NCBI GenBank assembly: GCA_963663405.2
Contig: CAXXSM010000088.1
Coordinates: 1-64,000 of the forward strand
From: a bacterium
GTDB taxonomy: Bacteria; Hinthialibacterota; Hinthialibacteria; Hinthialibacterales; Hinthialibacteraceae
Length of the DNA: 64,000 nt
Reading direction: 5' to 3'
Part shown: positions 1-11,000 of the stretch, piece by piece
Layout of the letters: each line of letters opens with the position of its first letter
Numbering within the stretch: the first letter of the stretch is position 1
Translations under genes and position numbers: made by a program
Notes under the pieces: model-generated
Database searches by the model: none
What the model saw: only the letters and a program-made list of their open reading frames with translations
Told to the model about the DNA's origin: nothing

Positions 1-3000
1 AATGATTCGCGTCCACTAACGGCCATTTTGAGAGAAGCGTATCATCTTTCGAAAATCCCTCAAAAGCCAGGACGGATTGATTAAACTGAAGGTCAAATGT
101 AATGGCTTTCGTCTCCGGCATATTCTCTACGCGAATGGGGATCATGAATGATGAGGCGCCATATCCATTGAACGTACCTCCACCTAAAATGAAATCCGTT
201 GTTGGCGGTTCGGTTGGAACCGGTGTCTTTGTCGGAATCTTTGTTGGAGTCGGCGTTGGAATATACGTCGGGGTTTCCGTGGGTACTATTGTCTTGGTTG
301 GACGTGGAGTTTTTGTCGGAATTTTCGTTGGAATTTCTGTGGGATCGGGCAGCGTGTTCTGCAAAAGTTTTACCCCCGATCGAATCTTAAATCGCGCGTT
401 AGTAGTATGCCGTTCCGCGTAGTAGATGTCCAATGTATTGTATTGATTGGTATTTAATCCCAGATCTTCTAGATTGATTCTTATTGTTTGTACGGGATGC
501 GCGCCCCCCAAATCAACCGCCAATAAGTTGTTTATGAAAACCCACATGTCATCATCCGATGAGACTTCTAACATAGCTGGTTGTGTATACTTAAATTTCG
601 CATGGAGTTCATAGGTAAAATGGAAATTATGATCGCGTTCCTGATTGCCGAATAACTCATCATCAATCGGGAAGAACTCATCCATCTCACATAAATAGAC
701 AGGATTCGCATTCGTAGAACTGGGATCAAGGTAAAAGTTTATGATATGCCGTTTTGAAAGGTTGATTCCATTCACATCGTTGAACCATTGATCAAAGTTC
801 TGTTTATTCGATACGGTTTGGTGTTCAATTAATGTGTTAAAAACGGGTTTCCCGTCATTCCCCAGTTGAAATTTGACGATTCCAGTTTCTGGATCGCTGC
901 CGGTGTAACTTTCAAAGTCCGCATGTGTGTCTTTGAAGTCGCGAATCGTTCCATAAATCCTTGAAACCGGTACCGGAACGGCCGTTGGTTCGAGAGTAGG
1001 CACAACTGTCGGGGTTTCCGTAGGCGTTTCCGTAGGGATGGGAGTGGGTGGTATTTGCTGCCCTTGCGCGTATATCGCATAGATTGTGACATTATCAAGC
1101 CCCCAGCTTTCATCCGCCAGACCTTGCATCCCTGATCCAGCGAAATTGATTACAATGGAATCGCCCTGGTGGGGAATCCGTTCTCCAAGCCGGTAGACCG
1201 AATCCATCGGCTCCTCATTAAAATAATACCCCAGTGTGTTATTCTCCGCGGCGTTCCAACGTCCAGGGAATTCACCTTCGGGATGGTTCCTTGGATATGC
1301 TTGTGGAAATTCATCGTGCTCTTCCTCGTGATATGAATTCACATACCGTCCATGATCGTTGCTGAATGTTGTATGAAGGACGCTATAGAGATCACTGGAA
1401 ACCGCTGTCGCAACCGTATCAGCCGCTACTCCACCTGGCACGTATAAATCCCATAAGTCCGGCCCTAAGCCTTCATAGGAATTATTCCCATCCAATGAAC
1501 GGATGGCGAAAAGATCGAAACAAACGAGTATATCCGTATGTTCCGGAAGATTGTTGAGTTTCAAACTAACAGTGTCGTTCCCAAACTGACCGAGAAACGC
1601 CCGGTCTCCTATTGGCGTGTGATCTACGGATTGATTCGACCATTCTGAACCGGCTCCGTCTTCAAAATCTTCACTATAAACCGATTCGGAGATCAATGGG
1701 CCTAAATATGGATCTTCAAAAAGACCCACGGCCATCGCTCCTGTCTCATTCGATGTCACCGCCACGCCTAGGTAGAGCGGATCCTCCATGGGAACGGAAT
1801 GAACGTAATGGATATTCTCTTCCCCCGACGGCTCGATCAACGTCACGATAAAACAATCGCCGACACGCCGCATACAGAGAGTCTGCTGGCGGTCAAAGAT
1901 CCGGCTGGCGCCCAGTTTTTCATCGTAATCCGCTTCCGCTCCATCTTTGTGGCGCCATTGCATGCCCAACGCTTGATCAAAACTTCGGATATTTGCGAAC
2001 ACGAACGCTGAAGACGGTTCGAGACTCTGACGGGCCATGATTCCCATTCGGGCTAATGGACTTGAGGTCGGATTGTCACCATACGGCATTACATAGGGTC
2101 TCTTGATTTCGATCTTGAAATCACCCCAGACAACTTTATAAATGAAATGACAATGATCGGCGGAATTTCCAATGTCTTGACCGCTTCCGATCACAGATAA
2201 TTGTGCGCCCACTATTGACGCGCCGCCTTCTGCGCCGGGTTTTCCGATATCGAGATGACCATCAAATCCGCCGATTCCTGGATACAGGGCGTTCAGCTGA
2301 TCATCTCCACGGATCACTTCGCTCTCGATTGCGCCTCCCCATTCCGCTACGCCATCAACGGTTCCCGGCGCAACAGCCGTGTAACTGATTTGCGTTGTTC
2401 CCGGCTCAAAGGACACTTCCCATAGGATTGAATTGCCCGAGATCAATCCCCCATTGCTGGTGTTTTTAGCCGTCCAACCATCTGGCAGAAGTTCCGCGAT
2501 TCTCCAGTTCTGTTTTTCATCGCTGGAATTGATTACATCGAGAGTCACTTGAATTTTATCATTTTTGTCGTAATAACTCTGTGAAAACGATCGTGACGCG
2601 ACGGGTGGAATCGAGGGTCCGGAACTTTGCGTCACAAGCCCTGTCTGGAATTTTAAAAACGATTCTGTGATATGCCTTTCCGCGAAAAACAGATCCAGTG
2701 GATAGGTTTCACCAATATCCAGCCCTAAGGCGCCCGTATTGATGATTTGCTCCGTCCGCCGGTGAACGCCACCCAAATCAACCACAAGATGGTTATTGAT
2801 AAAAACAAAAAGATCGTCGTCACTGATAAATATCAAATCCTGTGGGCCTTCATACGTGAATTCGGCATGCAGTTCATACGTGAAATGATAATTATGAATC
2901 CTCCCTTCATTGCCCCACAAAAGCCTATCGATAGGAAAAAAGGAATCGTTTTTAAATGTATAAACCGGTATGGAACTTGATGAAAGAAATCCGCGTTTTA

Positions 3001-3376
3001 AGACAATTTCAAATGGCGCCGATTGATTCACTCCATCCACATCTCGGAACCACTGCGCAAAACTCTCGACGCTTTCAATCGATGGAACACCCGAATCCGG
3101 ATTAAAAACCGGTTTCCCATCCTCATCCAATTCATCCAACACACTTCCCTGGTTCCAACCGGTGACATCTGATAGGATGTCATGCTCGAAGTCTGGATGC
3201 GAGGCCTGAAAATCCCGAATGACGCCACTCAGAACGATATCGGCTGGATATTTATCTGTCACCTTTGATGTATTTCTTCCTGCGGCGGGAAAAACAAACG
3301 ATCCAACGAGTAAAAAAATGGTTAGACTTTGGAGTAACACTTTGTTGTTGTCATAAAAATGACACTCTTTCATCAT
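1..3376 (-). CDS. Large secreted protein with two fibro-slime (PA14-like) domains, Pro/Thr linkers and a cohesin-like domain; several frameshifts; runs off the left edge
   Basis: Manual minus-strand translation: GGGAGG then ATG 3376 and a hydrophobic leader. Domain 1 has IRDFQASHPDFE and HNYHFTYELH..DDDLFVFINNHLVVDLGGVH..LDLFFAERH. Domain 2 has TIRDFKDTHADFE and FFPIDDELFGN..HNFHFTYELH..DDDMWVFINNLLAVDLGGAH..DIYYAERHT. A PT-rich linker lies at ~200-350, followed by IPIRVEN..ITFDLQFNNQSVLAF. Missing from the ORF track because of indels. Confidence 0.8.
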   Translation of the reverse strand, partial: MMKECHFYDNNKVLLQSLTIFLLVGSFVFPAAGRNTSKVTDKYPADIVLSGVIRDFQASHPDFEHDILSDVTGWNQGSVLDELDEDGKPVFNPDSGVPSIESVESFAQWFRDVDGVNQSAPFEIVLKRGFLSSSSIPVYTFKNDSFFPIDRLLWGNEGRIHNYHFTYELHAEFTYEGPQDLIFISDDDLFVFINNHLVVDLGGVHRRTEQIINTGALGLDIGETYPLDLFFAERHITESFLKFQTGLVTQSSGPSIPPVASRSFSQSYYDKNDKIQVTLDVINSSDEKQNWRIAELLPDGWTAKNTSNGGLISGNSILWEVSFEPGTTQISYTAVAPGTVDGVAEWGGAIESEVIRGDDQLNALYPGIGGFDGHLDIGKPGAEGGASIVGAQLSVIGSGQDIGNSADHCHFIYKVVWGDFKIEIKRPYVMPYGDNPTSSPLARMGIMARQSLEPSSAFVFANIRSFDQALGMQWRHKDGAEADYDEKLGASRIFDRQQTLCMRRVGDCFIVTLIEPSGEENIHYVHSVPMEDPLYLGVAVTSNETGAMAVGLFEDPYLGPLISESVYSEDFEDGAGSEWSNQSVDHTPIGDRAFLGQFGNDTVSLKLNNLPEHTDILVCFDLFAIRSLDGNNSYEGLGPDLWDLYVPGGVAADTVATAVSSDLYSVLHTTFSNDHGRYVNSYHEEEHDEFPQAYPRNHPEGEFPGRWNAAENNTLGYYFNEEPMDSVYRLGERIPHQGDSIVINFAGSGMQGLADESWGLDNVTIYAIYAQGQQIPPTPIPTETPTETPTVVPTLEPTAVPVPVSRIYGTIRDFKDTHADFESYTGSDPETGIVKFQLGNDGKPVFNTLIEHQTVSNKQNFDQWFNDVNGINLSKRHIINFYLDPSSTNANPVYLCEMDEFFPIDDELFGNQERDHNFHFTYELHAKFKYTQPAMLEVSSDDDMWVFINNLLAVDLGGAHPVQTIRINLEDLGLNTNQYNTLDIYYAERHTTNARFKIRSGVKLLQNTLPDPTEIPTKIPTKTPRPTKTIVPTETPTYIPTPTPTKIPTKTPVPTEPPTTDFILGGGTFNGYGASSFMIPIRVENMPETKAITFDLQFNQSVLAFEGFSKDDTLLSKWPLVDANH

Positions 3377-3670
3377 ATTCCTCCCAATTCATGTATTTAT
3401 TTGTATTTATTAATTTTAGATAAATTAATCAATTACAAACCAACACATAAAAAAAATAATATCGCATAAAATATAATAATATCAATACAAGAACATACGT
3501 TCATAGAGAAAACATATATTAAGAATAGTCTTTATCGCCATCTCTCTACGATTCTTCATCACCGAACATTCATATCAAAATGTCTTTATATCAACGGTTC
3601 AAAATAATGTCAGATATTTTTTAATTCCAACGGTTAGAAATCCTTACTTAAAACAGTAAACCTAATTGTA

Positions 3671-3699
3671 AATATAATTATCTTTTTGTAAACTGTCAA
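3671..3699 (-). promoter_or_regulatory. Putative sigma70 promoter for the fibro-slime gene
   Basis: Minus strand TTGACA-N17-TATATT in an AT-rich intergenic region. Confidence 0.45.
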
Positions 3700-3873
3700 C
3701 ACAATTTATAAATTATATTTATTATTTTGATTAACAAAATTGGAGAAATTGAAGATCAGATGATGCTTTCACAAAAGAATGCATTCACAAACCAACGAGA
3801 TATAGGAAGATTTATATTAGTGGAAAGAATGAAGGAAAAGTATGTAAGTTAAATAAAATAAGATGATTATATA

Positions 3874-6258
3874 CTAGTATACACTCCAGTTAAACACAGG
3901 CGTCGCGCAGTCGAATGGATCCATATCATTTTGTGGCGAATAGGCGAATCCAGATGCAAATCCTTCCCACTCATCTAAAATGATCTGACCGATTCGTTCT
4001 CTCAGGATAACAACGTCTCCCCAATCGCCGCAATCGAGATTATTGTATCTTACATCAACAATTCCACCGGTCCCAAAGTTCTGATTGGCGGCCATGCTGG
4101 AAAGACTTGTCAACTGATTATAAGGGCATGATAAGAAAAGCAATTGTTGGTTCTGAGATACATCCAAATCCGTCAACAAGTTCTCCTCACAATATAGATA
4201 TTCCAGAACAAGATTCTTTGACACATCCAACGCCGTCAACTCATTGTAGGAACAACTTAGAAAACTTAAAGACGTCAAAGGAGAAACATCCAGAGCCTTC
4301 AATCCGGTTCCATCACATGCAAGTTCAATTAAACCAGGATTATGCGATAAATCCAAATTGCCGAATGGATTGTCTCCGCAGTATAACATGGTAAGAGCGG
4401 CGTTTTTTGAAATATCTAAAGCCGTAAGTTCATTTCCATCGCAATATAATTCGGTTAAAGCGGTATTTTTTGAAATATCCAGGCTGGTTAGCAAATTATA
4501 TGGACAATAAAGCAATTCAAGAACGGTATTCTTGGATACATCCAGTGTCTGTAACTGGTTTTCCCCGCAGGATAGCCAACTTAAAGCGATATTGTTTGAC
4601 AGATTCAAATTCGATAATTCACACCCATCGCAATAGAGTTCTTCAAGCGCGGGATTATTCGAAAGATCTATTGTGGCGATTGGATTGTAACTACAGCCAA
4701 ATATAACTAAGTCAGTACATTGTGAAACATCAACACTCGTTAATTGATTCTCATCGCAGAATAAATATTCCAAAGCAGGATTCTGAGTTACGTCGATATT
4801 TGTTAATTCATTCGCCCAGCAACTCAGATCAATTAATGATGGATTTTTTGATATATCGAGAAGCGTTAAAGAATTTGCGCCGCAGTTAAGCCATATTAAT
4901 TCAGGATTGTTCGATACATCTAAAACCGTCAACCTATTCGCCCCACAATAGAGGCCATTTAAAGCAGTATTGTTGGATAGATCAAGCGCAGTCAGAGAAT
5001 TATCATCACAACCGAATTCAAGCAAAGCCGTATTCTTCGAAACGTCGATACTCGTAAGAGAATTATACGAGCAATACAGATATTCCAAGGCGGTATTATT
5101 CGAAACATCTAAGAGGGTCAGTTGGTTTTCATAACAACTGAGTGTATTGAGCGCCGTGTTCTTGGATATATCCAATGCGGTTAGTTGATTTCCATCACAC
5201 GCCAAACCTGTCAACCGGGTGAAAAACTCTAATCCTTTCATGTTTTCAATATTCCGATAGGAACAATCGAACCAATCACCCATACCAGCCGCTTGGGCCG
5301 CTGTGATTGTCCCATTCAGTGCGATTCCCATCCATTCCGCCACCGCGGCTCTGAAATTGGGGTCGGGAAAATTCGCTTCCGTAAAGATGTTTTCCTGAGG
5401 GACAATACTTGGATTCCAGTCTACTAGTTCAGCCATCAGGCGCCAGAACGCGCGGCCTTTTAGAATACAATTCAAACATTGAGAATGCGCGCATTCCGAT
5501 TGACAGGATGGACAGGCGCCTGGATTTGCGGCGCACCATTCCTGCGCCCAATTTCGTTCTTGTCCATCCTGGATGTAATCACAGTTGTCATTCGCATAGA
5601 GACTGAGAAACTCATTCCCATCCGGATCGTAGCTCTCGATGTCCGCAAAATCAAACAAGACTTTCTGATACTCACGGCAAAATTCACGGATCTGGTCGTT
5701 GTTGGCGTGCAGATCCCCCTCTAATCCAGAGCCGTCTAAATGCCCGGTCATATAGACAAAAATGACATTGGGATAATCACGCTCGAGTTGATCCATCGCC
5801 TGGAGATACGTATTGATTCCCTGCGGCGTGTTACCGGATACACCCCCACACCAGGACCATAATATTACGTTTCTGTCATTATCCGGCCGGTCTAAAATCT
5901 CTCTTGTGATACTCACCCAACCCAGATTACCATCTTCACCGAGATCAACTCCGTCATTTTCCTGGTAAGACAGCGCGCCTCCAATCCCGTCCTCATTGTA
6001 GGTGAACGGATCGGCGTTCATCGCCTCGATTCCTGTCGTGATTTGACTGCCGTGTGAGGTATGCCCGTACCAGATCCGGAATTTTGTTTTCGCTTCTTCT
6101 ACAGCAGAGACATCAACTTGCGAGATATCCGTGCAAGTGTGATCAATCACGATCTGCGCTTGACAGGCTGGTCCAAACAGCGCTGCCACTACGTACACGA
6201 ATATGGATATAAAGACGGAATTCAAGATTGATGAGAGCGGGGAGTTAGTTTTCAGCAT
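3874..6258 (-). CDS. Secreted protein: uncharacterised N-terminal alpha/beta domain plus 18 x 21-aa leucine-rich repeats
   Basis: Signal peptide; GHTSHGSQ, WSWCG, YMTGH and FDFADIES motifs; N-cap NFPDPNFRAAV; LxxLxCxxNxLTxLDxSxNxA repeats; ends TPVFNWSVY. Start moved to ATG 6258. Confidence 0.85.
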   Translation of the reverse strand: MLKTNSPLSSILNSVFISIFVYVVAALFGPACQAQIVIDHTCTDISQVDVSAVEEAKTKFRIWYGHTSHGSQITTGIEAMNADPFTYNEDGIGGALSYQENDGVDLGEDGNLGWVSITREILDRPDNDRNVILWSWCGGVSGNTPQGINTYLQAMDQLERDYPNVIFVYMTGHLDGSGLEGDLHANNDQIREFCREYQKVLFDFADIESYDPDGNEFLSLYANDNCDYIQDGQERNWAQEWCAANPGACPSCQSECAHSQCLNCILKGRAFWRLMAELVDWNPSIVPQENIFTEANFPDPNFRAAVAEWMGIALNGTITAAQAAGMGDWFDCSYRNIENMKGLEFFTRLTGLACDGNQLTALDISKNTALNTLSCYENQLTLLDVSNNTALEYLYCSYNSLTSIDVSKNTALLEFGCDDNSLTALDLSNNTALNGLYCGANRLTVLDVSNNPELIWLNCGANSLTLLDISKNPSLIDLSCWANELTNIDVTQNPALEYLFCDENQLTSVDVSQCTDLVIFGCSYNPIATIDLSNNPALEELYCDGCELSNLNLSNNIALSWLSCGENQLQTLDVSKNTVLELLYCPYNLLTSLDISKNTALTELYCDGNELTALDISKNAALTMLYCGDNPFGNLDLSHNPGLIELACDGTGLKALDVSPLTSLSFLSCSYNELTALDVSKNLVLEYLYCEENLLTDLDVSQNQQLLFLSCPYNQLTSLSSMAANQNFGTGGIVDVRYNNLDCGDWGDVVILRERIGQIILDEWEGFASGFAYSPQNDMDPFDCATPVFNWSVY

Positions 6259-6430
6259 GATGAAAATCCTCTTGGAAGTAAGATGGTCGAAACAACTACA
6301 CTCCAGCGTCTTATCATTACACACGCCTCTCGAATAAACAAGTATTTTTTTATTTTGTCCTATGGGAAAATCCCAAATTTAGGGATTCTCTAAATGAATA
6401 AATGTGAGGATATAAAATGAATGGAAAGGA

Positions 6431-7831
6431 TTAATGATTGTCCATCCGGCGGAGGATATCCCAGTGCGCGCCGCGCATCCCATTTTGGATCGCTTCGGCC
6501 AGTTTTTGGTTGGCGTTATAGTTGTAACTCCGGTCTGGACATGTGGGATCGCTGAAGAAAAAGCGATCGTCATCCTGAATTTGATCGTGGATTAATTGGG
6601 CGGCGGATGAAGCGATTTCTGGTTCGATAAAAAAAACAGGATGAGTGAGATCATCGCCGCCGATCCAATCCTCTTTCCGGTTTTTTACCATCTTTTCCAA
6701 CTCGGTTCCGGGATAAATCCGCGCCCCCAGGGACACGCCAACTTTCTCCGCGCTTGTTTGGCGCATAAACTCAATCGAACGAACAAGACTCTCCCGGCTT
6801 TCTCCCGGCGCGCCGAGAAGCAGATCGAGCATGACAACAATCCCCTCGTCTTTGCAAGCGCGAACCGCGTTGGCGATCGCATCCGGCGGGTAATCCCTTC
6901 TAAGGTGTTTCAACATATCTTCATCCCCGCTGTCTACACCAAAGTTGATCCCCACACATCCAGCGCGGCGCATAGTCGACGCCAATTCGTGTGAAAATGG
7001 ATGAGGGGAACAATAGGCGTACCAGCGGATTCGATCACCGAGTTTACGCTGGATTATCTCTTCGCATACAGCGAACGCATGTTGTATGGGGATATTAAAT
7101 TCACTGTCGCACGTATGGAAATGATCGATTCCCTGTTTCAGAAGATTTTCCATTTCATCCACAACGGTTTGTGGTGAACGAAGCCTTGGTCTCCTTCCCT
7201 TTGCGAGAGGTTCAGCGCAATAGACACACTGTCCTGGACAGCCCCGTTTCATCTCCACACCCGCTTGTCCACCCTTTTCAAAATAGGCGGTGTTATTGAT
7301 AAAACTTCGGCTCATAGGAGGCAGACGATCGAGAGAGGAAAAGGAGATTGGATTGGAGATAAACTGGCCGTCACGGAAAAACACTAAGTTTGATAAATCG
7401 GTCCAATTTTCGTTTCGTTCGATCCGCTCTGCGATCAATGGGAAGAAAAACTCGCCATCCCCACGAATTCCCGCATCCGCTCCACTAAGAATTAACACCT
7501 CTTTGGGCATGATAGAAAAACCAACACCACCCAAAATGACCGTCGCGCCGGATTGCTTCTTGATGGCGTTGACCATCCTAGCAAATTCAGTCAAAAACGA
7601 GTGCCGGCTGGAGATAAAACAGTCATCAATGTTCCTCAGCGTAACGCCGATCAATCCATATTCATTTTTCTCAAAGAATCTTTGTATCGCCGATTCCCAA
7701 TCTTCTTCCCAGCAGAGATCGAGAATGTTCACATCATAGCCAGCGGCCTGGACCGCTTCCGCCACATAATCCAATCCAATCGGCGCGATGGGGGGAATGA
7801 TCCGGTTTGTGTTGATTAAGGCGATTCGCAT
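6431..7831 (-). CDS. Cobalamin-binding (class B) radical SAM protein
   Basis: N-terminal B12-binding region (PIGLDYVA..ILDLC..ILGG); RGCPGQCVYC CxxxCxxC motif. Confidence 0.9.
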   Translation of the reverse strand: MRIALINTNRIIPPIAPIGLDYVAEAVQAAGYDVNILDLCWEEDWESAIQRFFEKNEYGLIGVTLRNIDDCFISSRHSFLTEFARMVNAIKKQSGATVILGGVGFSIMPKEVLILSGADAGIRGDGEFFFPLIAERIERNENWTDLSNLVFFRDGQFISNPISFSSLDRLPPMSRSFINNTAYFEKGGQAGVEMKRGCPGQCVYCAEPLAKGRRPRLRSPQTVVDEMENLLKQGIDHFHTCDSEFNIPIQHAFAVCEEIIQRKLGDRIRWYAYCSPHPFSHELASTMRRAGCVGINFGVDSGDEDMLKHLRRDYPPDAIANAVRACKDEGIVVMLDLLLGAPGESRESLVRSIEFMRQTSAEKVGVSLGARIYPGTELEKMVKNRKEDWIGGDDLTHPVFFIEPEIASSAAQLIHDQIQDDDRFFFSDPTCPDRSYNYNANQKLAEAIQNGMRGAHWDILRRMDNH

Positions 7832-7852
7832 GGGGCTCCTAAAAATCGCTTT

Positions 7853-7940
7853 TTGTCAGAATCGGGATGGACAGGATGAGCAGGATAAGTAATTTAAAAT
7901 CCTGAGTATCCTTCCATTCTGGATATCCAGATTCTGACAA
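7853..7940. repeat. Intergenic palindromic element with 11-bp terminal inverted repeats
   Basis: TTGTCAGAATC ... GATTCTGACAA enclosing CAGGAT/ATCCTG sub-repeats. Confidence 0.55.
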
Positions 7941-7987
7941 ATACCAGTCAAATATATTTGAAACTCAGGTTTGTACAAATTCTAATC

Positions 7988-8025
7988 CAGCTGGGCGCCA
8001 TGCCAATAGACAAAGCGCCCAGCTG
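7988..8025 (-). terminator. Stem-loop downstream of tricorn paralog A
   Basis: CAGCTGGGCGC...GCGCCCAGCTG 11-bp stem just after the stop; no strong U-tract on the minus strand. Confidence 0.4.
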
Positions 8026-8037
8026 TAAAAAGCAGAC

Positions 8038-11000
8038 TTATTTATATTCCTCCCGAATCCCCATGCCGCTTCGGTCGGGATAGGCGGGGCGGGCGGGGGG
8101 TGAGTATGGATTGGTTTCGATCTCCTCCAGCATGTGCTTGATCGCCGCATCCAGCTGGGGATCGCCCCCATCAACCATGAGCGCGGGATCATCGATCACT
8201 TCGATATCGGGATCAACGCCGTGTCCTTCCATGGTGAGAGTGCCGTCGTTTTCGTACATGGTGATATTGGGCGCGGTCAGGTATGCGCCGTCGATCAATC
8301 GGGGATTGCCGAAGACGCCGATTACGCCGCCCCACGTTCTCGTTCCGATCAGTTTGCCCACCTTCGCGTGTTTGAACAAGAAGGGGAAGAGATCGCCGCC
8401 GGATCCCGCTGCGCCATTGATTAACATGCACTTTGGACCTTGGTGACTGACTTCCGGAACGCGCCAGTTCTTTTCGTGACGTTTGAATAGATGGAGGGAA
8501 ACTGGCCGGTTGAGCAGTTGGACGAAGCGGTCCGGCATCTGGCCGCCGCCGTTCCAACGTTCATCAATGATCAACGCTTCTTTGGTCATCTGACCGTAGA
8601 ACTGCCGGTATAGATCGTTTTGACCATTGATTGAAGTGTTGACAACGTAGATATAGCCGACTTTCCCATCCGTCTTTTTATCCACATAAGCCCGGTTCGC
8701 TTCGATCCAAGATCGGAAACGCAGATTGCTTTCTGAACCTTGGAGTTGAATGACAATGTCCGTGGCGCTTTCCACGCAGGGGGACGCGCTAACGGTCAAT
8801 GTGGCGGTTTGCCCTGATAAGCCAAGGAACGCCGCCCAAGGATCTTTTTTCGTATCGACGGGAACGCCGTTGACTGCGAAGAGATATTGACACTGCTCTA
8901 ATTGTTTTTCATCGAGAGCATCCAAGAGATTGCGCGCGTCGGTGTCCCAGACGGCCCCTTCGTAGCGTTTCGCAATTTTGTAGAAGCCTTGATCCAACTC
9001 GAAGTCAACGCCCATGAACCCTACTGATTCAGAAGGCCCATACTCGATGTCCCCTCCACCATAATACGTGTGGCTGGAGTTCATCTCACCGATCATTTCG
9101 CCGATGATATAGCCGACGTCTTCACGATTGACACAGTCAACCAGCATTTTCTCATATTGCTCACGGACCGCAGGCCAATCGACGCCGTGTATATTGGGAT
9201 CGAAGAAGAAGTCTCGTTCGATCCGCCAGGCGTCAGTGAAGATCTGTTTCCATTCTTCTCTCGGTTCAATCATGGTCTGCATGGGGGAAGTGGGAATCCG
9301 GTCTTCGATTTTCTGACTCGCTGCGGCTTTAATGATCGAATAACCGCCTCCTGAACTGACCAATAGTTGTTTCCCGTCCGCTGTAATCATCGCAAAGCCA
9401 ACATTATCGATTACGGTATTTTCCTTCTTCTCATCGTCTTTCAGGTCAAAGATTTTAAGCGATCGGCTATCATCATCCCTTACATAAATTAAATGTCCTT
9501 TGTCATTCACCATCAGGTTGGATAGACTTCCCCGGCCGACAGGCAGGCGGAACGCCCTATATTCGAAATTCTCCAGATCGATAACAAGTGGTTTCTTTTC
9601 TTCTTTTTCCAGTTTTTTTTCACCCGTCGCACAGGTCACAGTCGCGGACACAACGGCGGCGCAGGTCGCTCCGGTGATTTCGCACGTAGCGGATTTACAA
9701 CATTCACATGTAGCCGATTCGACCGATTCGCAGACTTCACACGTGGCGGATTCAACTTCATCGCTGCATTCTTTTTTGTCATCCTTTTCTTCTTTGGATT
9801 TTTCTTTATCCTGCTCCTCTTTCCAGGTTTCCTCGTCGCTTTTTGTTTGATACGGATTGGAAACATCTTTGCGTAAAGGAACCGCGTGGAGGACATCAGA
9901 ATTTTCGTAGATGAAGTTATACCCCATATCATCATATTGCGGTGAATTATAAGATCGCTGACTCACGAAGAAGAGGTAGTCTCCTTTTCGATCGAAGGTC
10001 GGTTCGCGATCGTTGAACATACCGCTGGTGACTTGGTGGGATTTCTCTTCTTTCACGTTATAAAGCCAGATTGCCGCAATTACGCTATCGGTTCGTTTCG
10101 TGTAGGCCAGCCAGGATGAATCATGAGACCAACTAAAATTGAATGAGGGGATCCCACCGAGCATGGTATTTTTGTCAACAAATTTTGTTTCTTCTTTATC
10201 AATGTCATGAATGTAGAACGCGTCTTCGCTGTCTTGGAATACCAGTTTTTTTGAATCCGGCGACCACGATGGGGTGAATCGATAGCCTTTTCCGAGTTCG
10301 GTCAATTTGCGCGGTTTTTCCCGATTGTCGGCGGATCGAATGTACAATTCATATTCACCGGATTCGTCGGAGAAGCAGGCGATCCAATGGCCGTCTGGGC
10401 TCCAGGTGGGATACCGTTCCGCCGCGCCGCTGGTTTGAGTCAAATTGCGGGGTGAGCCGTCTTTGGCAGGTAAAGACCAGATATCCCCTCGCGCTTCTAC
10501 TAAAGCGCGTTTTCCGGTTGGAGACACAAACCAATTTCCCATATTTCTATTCACATCTTTACGTTGAGGACGTAGAGAGGGTCTTGCGCCGGGAATCGTA
10601 ATCTCCACATCACGGATTTTACCTGTAATCAGATTAAGAAGTTTCAATGCGGCGCCTTGTTGAAAGACGATCTCTCCTTCTCCATTGGCGCCCGGTCCGA
10701 TGGACGGCCATTTGACGTCGTAGTCTTTGTACTCGGTCAACGACTGCCTCTGTCCAGTTAAAGTGTTGTATGACCAAATATTAAGACGGTGATTGGGGCC
10801 TGCGTCAGAGAGGTAATAGACTGTTTTATCATGCCACATGGGGATGGTGTCGGTTCCTTCCCAATCCGTAATCTTTTTGGAGGTATGTTCTTTCAGATGA
10901 AACAGCCAAATGTCCGAAGCAAGACCACCCCGATACCGTTTCCAAGTGCGAAAATCCCGGTCGTATGGCGTATACGCGAGCCATTCGTTATCCGGGCCAA

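Noticed and set aside
190-350. Short tandem repeats and the hydrophobic + strand ORF 102-422
   Set aside because: This is the antisense reading of a Pro/Thr linker in the minus-strand gene; it is not a CRISPR array or a real gene.
4100-5220. 63-bp periodicity resembling an array
   Set aside because: Explained by the 21-aa LRR coding repeats; there is no constant repeat with unique spacers.
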